A stretch of DNA of 64,000 nt from Lingula anatina (Eukaryota; Animalia; Brachiopoda). Below the pieces are notes generated by a model, which made no database searches, had not been told where the DNA came from, and saw only the letters and a list, made by a program, of their open reading frames with translations. The stretch is from the NCBI GenBank assembly GCA_051362555.1, contig CM120643.1, positions 15,412,644 through 15,476,643 on the forward strand, read 5' to 3'. Each line of letters begins with the position of its first letter. Positions within the stretch are counted from its first letter, which is position 1. Made by a program: the position numbers and the translations under genes. Below are positions 13,806-24,700 of the stretch, piece after piece.

Positions 13806-15725
13806 TGCACACACATGTACACACATACATACATACACACACATGCATGCACACACACATACACACACATATACACACACACACATATACACACACACAC
13901 ATGCCCATTACTAATTAACTTAAATTACGTAATTACCTATTTCATTTCTGGTAATCAATGAATTACCTTGTTGTAGCTCTGCCCAATGAATTGGACCATG
14001 GTCATCAGAAACAATTAATGATGCTTGGACATCATTGAATACTCCTGGCACAACACGATGGCTAACTGGGGACTTTGATTCGCATGATAATATTACGAAA
14101 TAATTTCTCAAGGCAGGGAAGATTGAGAAATTACCTGCTGAGGATGAAATTTGCTCTTGATTTTTTTATGATGGAAAGGTAGAGACTTAGAAGGGATAAA
14201 AGTGCACTTATCATTGTTCCTTACTTTTCAATCAGTAACACCTATTTGTATTGATTTGGAAATGAATAAAGTTTCTTTTTTTTAAAGTATTTGTGTTTAT
14301 TATTTACTAAACTTAGGTCTTCGTTTGAATCAAGACTATTTTAGTGTTTTTCTTAAATTCTCTCTTTTTAGAGCACTGATACAGCCATTTCATGATTAGG
14401 CCTCAAAAGCAGGCAGAAATCGAGTTATTGGGGAAGTTTTAGCTCATGGGAAAATGAACATGTAATGGGGCTTTGGTACAAAGATCTGTTGAATTATTGA
14501 TACAGAATGTTCAGGGGAATTGGAAAAAAATCAGCAGAGTAAATGGCTGAAGATGAAGTTTGCAGGCTGTGAATTTAATGTGTGCTTCTTTGATCACATC
14601 TTGATTTGAAATCTGAAGAATATTTTTCTGATCAAATATTTGGTAACAGTTCAGAGATGATGTATGAGGATTGTGACAAGTATCTATATTTGAAAACTAC
14701 TGTTTGTGAAAACTGCCCTTTGGAGACAATCTGTGGCAAGTACAGCCACTTGGAAGAAACCGTCAGTGAGAATCCTAATGCTACTGACAGTGACAGTGTA
14801 AGGTTGCACAGTACTCAAACTCAGATCTGGGTAGAAAGATTGATAATATATAGTTATTCTAATATTAATAGTGAGTGCACAATTTTTCTTTAAGCAGTTA
14901 ATGGTGATTCAAAATCGAGCACAAAGATGAAGTGGCACAGTCAGGCCTAGTGTAGTTTTCGATTATCACTGTTTACCTGAATTCATTTCAGTTGAAATGT
15001 GTTGTGCTTTTGCTAATTTGTTGCAGACTTGTTTAGGCACAAAGTATATTGTGTAAGATGTGACATTCTTACATATTTGGTTCTCTCTGTACACTTAGCA
15101 TAGAGATGTGTAAAATAATGTTTAGCGTGTGTCAAATGCTTGATAAAGAGATCTTTGATTTGATATTTATTTTGATAAGACATTTATAATGTTAAGCATG
15201 CATGGGTATGCTTTTTTTAAAAGAGATATAACTTTGTGAAAATTTTGCCAGACTAAGCACGTTGTTTCCAAAAAGTTCACGGAAATCTTTTCTTGCAAAT
15301 AAAGAAAAAAAAACTTTGCAAGGTTTCAAAAACTAGTACTGGCCAAGCATGTAAATAGTTAAAGTTCTATTGACCTACGATCTTAGGTTGCAGCAGTACC
15401 ACAGTGCTTTATTTATGATTCTTTTGGGTACAATCAAAGTGGCAAGGTTCAGTGATTAATTGGCCGCCTTATCCTTCGGCACACTAAGGCTTGCTTTCAC
15501 CTCTCCCAGTCTTTAGATCCACTATCAGGATGGCAGGGCCCACAGGCACAGCCATGGAACCACACATGGTGTGTTTTATTTTGTCTGCAAGCTTGAGTTT
15601 TGACTGCAATTTAAAATACAAAAGAGCAAGGTTTTAAAGTGGGTTGATGATGGAAAGATAGTGGTAGGAAGGAAGGAAGGATGGAGTGAATAATGGGGGA
15701 GAAACTGAAATATCGAATATGCTGT

Positions 15726-15766
<41 letters not shown>

Positions 15767-18700
15767 CTGATGCTAGTATAACTTTGATTAATTTTTTACA
15801 GTATTATTGACTTTGATTTCTTTAAAGTAAAGAGCCACAATATGTGTTTAAAGTTATATTTTCAAAATTCATAGTAATTGTGATTAGAACTCACACTTCA
15901 TAATATTAACTTAAAACTTTATTTTACGTGTAATGTTACATTTTAATCTTTCAGTTCACTGTAACACCAGTTCACTTAGAGGATGTAGCAGGCCCATCAG
16001 ATAGGCCCCAAAACGGGGAGATTAACCAAGTCTGTACGTCCGATAACACAGAGGATGAGGCCTCCTGCGACAATGAATCTCTAACACAGAACAGTATCAC
16101 TAGAATACTGTCTTCAAAATTCAAGGTATGATAACAGCACACACATTTTTAACACCACACTTTTAGTCCTCTATATTTATTTTTCAATGTTGACCTTTTT
16201 ATAGCTACAGTTACTGTAAATAGTGTGATTTGTGCTGTGAACCCACTCACTTATTCATTGACAAGTAATATTTTTTGTGTTATAACAAAGCATTGTCTTT
16301 GAACATAGAATTACTTAAAAAGTTTTTTCAGTAATTTATTACAGTAATTACAGTTGCCCAAAGAGCATAAAATACACTTATGTGAAATTTTATAGCCTAT
16401 TTTATTATATTTTATTATTATTATATTTTCAATTGGAAGTGAAACCTTCCCTGCCAGTTTGATAGAACAAATTCATTTAATTAACAAGCGTCTGTCACTA
16501 CCACATACATGTATTCTTTATGTCAAATGTATTATCAGGTTAACTATTTTAAATACCACTTTCTTTTATCATTTAGGATTTCAAGAAATACAGAGAAAAT
16601 GAAAAAGATGAAAAAACATCAAATGACCCAAATAGCCCACAAGACAAACAGAAAAGCCCTCTTCTTGTTTCAAAGCGGACACGTACAGCAAAACCACCAC
16701 CACCCGCTGGCAAGAAGAGACCAGATCTTATCCGAGAAGAATCTGATTTGTCAGATCAGCTGACAACCGCTGATAAAGTGGGTACAGTGGTGGAAACCAG
16801 TAATAAGCCGCAGAAATATGTTACCATAGCAATGCAAGACTGGTATCCAGGCGACGGACAGGGTGACACAATCACTTCTGCTCAGAGTAGTATAACCCGG
16901 TTGCTGTCTAAGAAATTTAGGGTAAGTTTTTTTTTCTATTTGGAACCTCTTCCTTTAGTTGGGCTTGAAATGGTTCTTTTTTCCTTATGCAAGAAGTGTT
17001 GGCATGTATGTGAGAAGTTTTACCAGTGGCCACTTGTTCTTATTCATTTTGAATTTAAAACTTGACAACAGTGAATTAAAGTCATGTTTAGATTGGCCTT
17101 GGTAAACTACACTGCAGTCTTCAATTTGTGAAGCATAAGCATTTGATTGCAGTCACCCATATGCTTTGTCTGTAATCCTGTCTATGGTTAGAGAGGCATA
17201 GTATGAGAGGGTCTTTTGAAATAAGGATTTGAGCATGTTCCCTTTAGCTGATATATAGGCAGGGTAAAGTGCATACATTGCAGAAGATCCTAAAAAAATT
17301 CATCTTTTGCCTGGATAAGAGAAAACAAAACAAAACAAAAAAATCATTGAAAATGTATAGGCAAAGAGTTAATCTGCCATCCCATTGATACCAGTGGCTG
17401 ATCATGACCCCGAAGTGCATCATGTTTGCTGGACAATTTGGTATGCCTTATTTGTCCAGATTCTTAATTATCATGGTGAATTCTTGTTATGGAAAATGTT
17501 CATTTTGTACTGATTTTTTTTTTCATGGGATGATTCAATCAGTTAAATTGCAGTCATGTTTCTAAAGAAGGATCAAATTACTGATTACTGAAATATTGCA
17601 CTGCTAAGTTTGAAAATTAATGAGAAAATTCTTCACACATCTTTCATTGTATTTTTTTCTGCTGAAATTATAGACTTGTGCTAGGAAGCTCATACAAAAA
17701 ATTCATTGAAGCAAATATTAATGGTAGGCAGATATCCAAAAGAAATCCAGTTGCATCAAATGTCAATGCTCAATCATTGATTATTTTTTCAGTATTAAAA
17801 AAAATCTTTCAATATTTTGGGCTTGGATTTAATTAAGTTGTAATCTTGAAGTGCTTGTACTCAGTTCCCTTTGGACTGAAGCAAGGGTTTTGCCAGCGAA
17901 CCTTCAAGCTGTCATTTGGACAGCCGCCAGCATCACTGGACGGCCTATATTTTCAAAGACGGCTGGACGGCTTATGGATTTCTTTGAAATATGACAGTTT
18001 TAGGGATAATTGGACACCTGGAAATTTTGCAGGAAATTACCGATGGTAATTTTGGACGGCCTGTACCCCCAATCCTGGGAAAACCCCTGGACTGAAGTAA
18101 CTGTTACTAGGTATTTGTTGCGTGTGGGAATCTTGCTATTAAGGATATAGCTGAGAGTTAATTCAAAAATAGCACAGTTCCCAGGAATTTCTATGGAAAG
18201 AGTGCTGTAAGGAGTTATTTTCTTGCTAGCAGTACAAGACTATCTTTTAATTGAAGTCAAAAACTGGATTGAAGGTAATAAATCAATTTTTTTGTCAACT
18301 TTAAGCAGGATAGATCTGTAGTAGTACTCTTAAATAAACAGTCTCGGACTTGCATTAATTGTACCACCAGCGTAGGCGCTGGCGGTACCCATGGTTTTAG
18401 TCCCGACCCGTATGTTCCGCCGGCTCCTGCGGCTCCGCCGCCAAGTCACCGTTACTGCTTCTCCTCCTAGACGGTAAGGGTCCCTGTACCCATCTCTTGG
18501 ATTTCGATCACCTATAATCTCAACTCGTTCCACGTAAAATTTGGCTTTTGTCGGTATTGGGGTCTAGGTGTGGCACTCATTGCAATGCACCCTTGTCTAA
18601 AAATGGCAAAATTAAATGCTAATTATCTACCCTACGGAAGGAGTTATGGGAAAAATTTCTACAGACAGCTTTCCAAAAGTCATATGTGTAGATTTCAAAT

Positions 18701-21700
18701 ATGCCCTTGGATTTGACCTTTGACCTTTATTTCAAGGTCAAACGGGCCAAAAATTTCAAAAAAATGAATTTTTTTACGAAAAAAATTTTTTTTGCCCTGT
18801 TATTCAGATACCACACAGACTTAACCAATAATATTATTGGAAAGTGTAACCCTTCGGGTCATCTTTCATCTCCGTGAATTTGGGGTCAATCGGTGCATTT
18901 TCATGGGAGTAGCGGCCATAAAGTACCGAAACTGAAAACTGTCTCTAATTCGGGAACTATTAATGCTAGAGACCCATTCTTTTTTGCATTTTGTAGAGCA
19001 TGTAAAGCCCAACACTGGGGGTGGCCTCCGTTTTTTTGTATTCCATACGGTTTTCAAGTTACGCTGTATCAAAAAGTACATATTGGTGGTGAAAGCAAAA
19101 TGTGCAGTACGGTAATGGATAATAAATTTTGAACTCTGGAAAAATAATACATAAGGCTTGGCAAAGCAGACAACTTGTGGTCAAAAATGACATTATTTCA
19201 TCAAATTTGAACTTCTGGAAATTCAGAGCACCTCCTATTTTAAGAATTTTGACCAAAATGATGTTTTCTTTATTTTTTAATTAATCTTTCTGTACGAAAT
19301 TTATGGTACATTATGGTAACTCCAAAATTATAACATTTAGTCCCTTATATCTCCAAAACTGGCAGAGATAGGTCCATAGTTACTATTGAAGTTGAATGGG
19401 AAGTCACATACTAGCAATCCAAATGTGACCTTAAAATTGACCTTTGACCTACTTTTCACCATGAACTGAACTTTGCAAATTAACTGAACTTTGCAAATTT
19501 TGCTTCCCTTATATCTCCAAAACTGGCAAAGATAGGTCCATAGTTTTTATTGAACTTGAATGGGAAGTCATATACTGGCAATCTAAATGTGACCTTAAAA
19601 TTGACCTTTGACCTATTTTTCACCATGAACTGAACTTTGCAAATTTTGCTTCCCTTTTATCTCCAAAACTGGCAGAGATAGGTCCATAGTTTCTATTGAA
19701 CTTGAATAGGAAGTCATATACTGGCAATCTAAATGTGAACTTAAAATTGACCTTTGACCTACTTTTCACCATGAACTGAACTTTGCAAATTTTGCTTCCC
19801 TTTTATCTCCAAAACTGGCACAGATTGGTCCATGGTTTCTGTTGAACTTGAATAGGAAGTCATATACTGGCAATCTAAATGTGACCTTCAAATTGACCTT
19901 TGACCTACTTTTCACCATGAACTGAACTTTGCAAATTTTGCTTCCCTTATATCTCCAAAACTGGCAGAGATAGGTCCATAGTTTTTATTGAACTTGAATG
20001 GGAAGTCATATACTGGCAATCTAAATGTGACCTTAAAATTGACCTTTGACCTACTTTTCACCATGAACTGAACTTTGCAAATTTTGCTTCCCTTTTATCT
20101 GCAAAACTGGCAGAGATAGGTCCATGGTTACTGTTGAACTTGAATAGGAATTCATATACTGGCAATCTTAATGTGACCTTAAAATTGACCTTTGACCTAC
20201 TTTTCACCATGAACTGAACTTTGCAAATTTTGCTTCCCTTATATCTCCAAAACTGGCAGAGATAGGTCCATAGTTACTATTGAACTTGAATAGGAATTCA
20301 TATACTGGCAGTCTTAATATGACCGTAAAATTGACCTTTGACCTACTTTTCACCATGAACTGAACTTTGCAAATTTTGCTTCCCTTATATCTCCAAAACT
20401 GGCAGAGATAGGTCCATAGTTACTATTGAAGTTGAATGGGAAGTCATATACTGGCAGTCTTAATATGACCGTAAAATTGACCTTTGACCTACTTTTCACC
20501 ATGAACTGAACTTTGCAAATTTTGCTTCCCTTTTATCTCCAAAACTGGCTGAGATAGGTCCATAGTTACTATTGAACTTGAATAGGAAGTCATATACTGG
20601 CAATCGAAATGTGACCTTAAAATTGACCTTTGACCTACTTTTCACCATGAACTGAACTTTACTAATTTTGCTTCCCTTTTATCTCCAAAACTGGCAGAGA
20701 TAGGTCCATAGTTACTATTGAACTTGAATAGGAATTCATATACTGGCAATCTAAATGTGACCTTAAAATTGACCTTTGACCTACTTTTCACTATGAACTG
20801 AACTTTGCAAATTTTGCTTCCCTTTTATCTCTTAAGTTACACTGTATCAAAAAATACATATTGCTGGTGAAAGCAAAATGTGCAGTACGGTAATGGATAA
20901 TAAATTTTGAACTCCGGAAAAATAATACATAAGGCTTGGCAAAGCAGACAACTTGTGGTCAAAAATGACATTATTTCATCAAATTTGAACTTCTGGAACT
21001 TCAGAGCACCTCCTATTTTAAGAATTTTGACCAAAATGATGTTTTCTTTATTTTAATTAATCTTTTCTGTAGGAAATTTATGGCACATTATGGTAACTCC
21101 AAAATTATAACATTTAGTCCCTTTTATCTGCAAAACTGGCAGAGATAGGTCTATAGATACTATTGAAGTTGAATAGAAAGTCATATACTGGCAATCTCAC
21201 TGTGACCTTGAAATTGATATTTGACCTATTTTTCACCATGAACTGAACTTTGCAAATTTTGCTTCCCTTTTATCTCTAAAACTGGCAGAGATAGGTCCAT
21301 AGTTACTATTGAACTTGAATAGGAAGTCATATACTGGCAATCTAAGTGTGACCTTGAAATTGACCTTTGATCTACTTATTATCATGAACTGAACTCTGCT
21401 AATTTCTTTCTCTTTTAACTCCAAACCTGGCAGAGATAGGTCCATAGTTACTATTGAACTTGAATAGGAAGTCATATACTGGCAATTTACTGTGACCTTG
21501 AAAATGACCTTTCACCTACCTTACGATGAACTTAAATTTGATTGTACCATTTTTAGTTTCATATATTTTTTGCATATATTGAAAATTCTTGTTGATTGCA
21601 TGTTTACAGCTTGTCAAGCACAAGACTGGTGACTGTGTCCCTTATTTTGTGTATGTGGGGGTCTATACGAATGCGCTTGCTCCAGCTGGTGGTACAATAT

Positions 21701-24700
21701 TCAGAGGCGGTATCGCCTCTCTGATCCTCTAGTTATTATTTTATTGTTTTGTATAAATTATATTTGATCAAGGAATTGATTAGATCAGGGATGCTTAGGA
21801 ATGTATATTATAAAGCTAAAATGTATATTATTCTGTCAACATAACAACTTAATTGATGTAAGCACTTTCAGTTGATTTGTTTCACTTGAAATTATCCCGC
21901 AACTTAATAGGCCAAGGGCTCATTCCCAGTGAAACTATTGTTCTTTGAAAATCAGTCGAACTCTTTGGAGACTCTCACTGAATGCAATCAGTTTTGCAAA
22001 TTATCACACCTCTTGTACTTGTATTATCACCAGCTTTTGTACTTTTCTACTTAATGCCAACAGGGGGCCTGTTAATCTGATTGCAGTCAACAAGAGTCAC
22101 GGCAGAGTTGGGTTGATCTCTGTAGAATGACAGTTTTACTGGGAATGAGCCTTAAAGGTTTTGGTTTCTAGGATGACTCTTAAAACTAAAAATACAATAT
22201 TTATTTATTTATTAAAATAGGAATGAGTCTTAAGGGTCTTGGTTTCTGGGATGACTTTTAAAACTAAAAATACAATATTTATTTTAAATTATTTGTTAAA
22301 ATAGGTAGGCACCATTTTAGATGCATAACTTACAACAGAATTTAAAAGCATAATTTAATTTTTACAAGTCTTTGTGTAGACATGATTCATTTTTTTGAGA
22401 ACTAGTACAAATGAATCTTGTCACAGATTAGGCTGAAATTGTCAGTTTTGAGATGAATATTTTGTTTTTTTTCACCTTGGATATTAAGAAGCAATGATTG
22501 TATGTTGTGGTGTTTGTTGGAAGGATTTGTAGGCACTGGTAATTACCATTAGGTATACGTATTGGCTGACGTGGGAATTTTCCACCAATCAGTATTTTTT
22601 TTTTTTTTTTTTTTTGCCTTTTAAAGGGTCAAATTAGTCTCTCTTAAGACTTGTAGATTTGTTTTAGGAATGCAGAGGGAGAGAAAGGTTTGCTTTTTCT
22701 CCTGAGCTGCTGTTAGCATTAAATGTCAACAGAGGAAAAGGGAGTTTTCATCTTAAAACATTTATTGCAGTTACATCTATTTTTCAGATAAAGAGTGCCT
22801 GTAAGTTAATCTACACAGCACTTCAGTATTTGATTGTTTGATTTTACTTTTAGAAAATGTAATATTTAGTATTTTAGTTCCTCATTCTTGATAAGTAAGA
22901 CCTACAAAAAAAAAAAAAAAAGATTCACATCTAATGGGGATTTTTATACATTGATGAATTATGGAAATATATAACTAATTACCAGGTGGGTCCAATAACA
23001 AATTAATTTTTTTTTTATATTTTATATTTCTTTAGGGATTTAGAAAATATGTTGTGGAAAGTGAACAGTTTGCTCCTGAGGAGAGACCAGAGGTTCTAAA
23101 GCCAATGAAGAGGTTGGTGACCACTTACGAGGTAAGATCACAACACAGACTTGACCAGAAATTTGATAGATGTACCTGAAATACTTTGTTTTTTTTTAAT
23201 AATCACATGATTCTAATTCTGAAATTTATTTTTGCAAATGTTGGGATTACTCTGACAAAAGTGCATTTGACCTCAATCAGAATGATAAATAAAAGCTATC
23301 TAAGTAGCTAGGGAAATAAAACAGCATAAAGACCAACAATTGTTATTTATATCTTTTCCTGTAGCAATAAATACGGGGTTGGGGTTGTCAGGAGAAATAA
23401 ATTAATTAGTTCCATTTTGTGAAGTAGTCCTCAGTGAAATATTTTAAGAAGTTAGTTTAATTTAGCTGTCTAGACTCAAAATTATGTCAAATGATTTCAA
23501 CTGGAATTCTGTCAATTTTGTTGCTTTAAAAATTTCCCTTTAGCTATATACAATTTCAAAATAAAGCCATGTGTCTGATATATCAAATGAAGTTAAGTTA
23601 AACTTAAAATTTGTATTATTGTATTTTGCAGGGTCTTGATTATGAAATTAATGAGAACTCATTGTTTCAAGAATATCAGAACAGTTTAGAATATAAGGTA
23701 AGAAATGATTAAACACAATCATTTTAGAGGATCAAACCAAGAATGGAAATGGGGCAGTGTTTCTTTTTACTGTACAACTTCCCAACTTAGCCCATGATAT
23801 TACATTGATATTACACACGAAAATTTTGTCAATTTGTTACAAACAAAAGGTATTCATTGTCACTGTTACGTGACCATGCAACAAAAGTTTTCGTAACTTG
23901 TGTTTGGCTTGATATTTCAAGTAAAAATCTTATGCAGCTGATTGAAATGATTGATTCCTTTTCTTGAAGTGATAAAATTGCCTTGTAGTTTTTACATCAT
24001 CACATAGGGCACAATCAGAACAGCCGTTAAACAGATATGCAGATCAAGTATGGCCAACCCACTTCAATGCTTGTTGCCTAATCCCCTCGGAGAATCTATT
24101 CAGTGTCTAATTGGGAATTGAGCGGCAAGCTGTTAAGTGGTTTGCCATATTTGGTCCACAGATCTGTTAGTCCACTGTTCTGAATGTGCTCTTACATCTC
24201 AGCTGATTGTTTGTTGTCTCTTTCCTCATAGTTTGCTACTTTGCAAACCCCATCACAGCCAGGCACACCACCAACACGGCTGATTTTATCCATCCTTTTG
24301 ATCACAGTGGGATGTGCTAATGTCATTTAGATTCCTTCAGAAACAACCTAACTAAACCCTAGTGTGAATTAGCTAAGTTGATAACACCATCATATTTGCT
24401 CAGTTAGAAGATAATTAAATAAATGAGTAACGGTTATCTGGATGTTAATCAAATTTTCCAGGAACTGATGCCTCTCGGTGCAAGCTACTGTGTTATTTTT
24501 TGAGTGTCAAGTTTTTTTTAATATGTTTGTGTACTAGAAGGTAAATTTAATAATCTAGTACATAGCCTGGGTATTATGTGTCTTAGACCCCATTCCCTTA
24601 CCTAGATCGATCTAACAGGATCAACTCATTTCCTAGGGGTTTCTCCCTCATTGCTTTCAGTGTAAGCGGCTTAAATGTCTGGCAGGCATACTGAAGCTGC

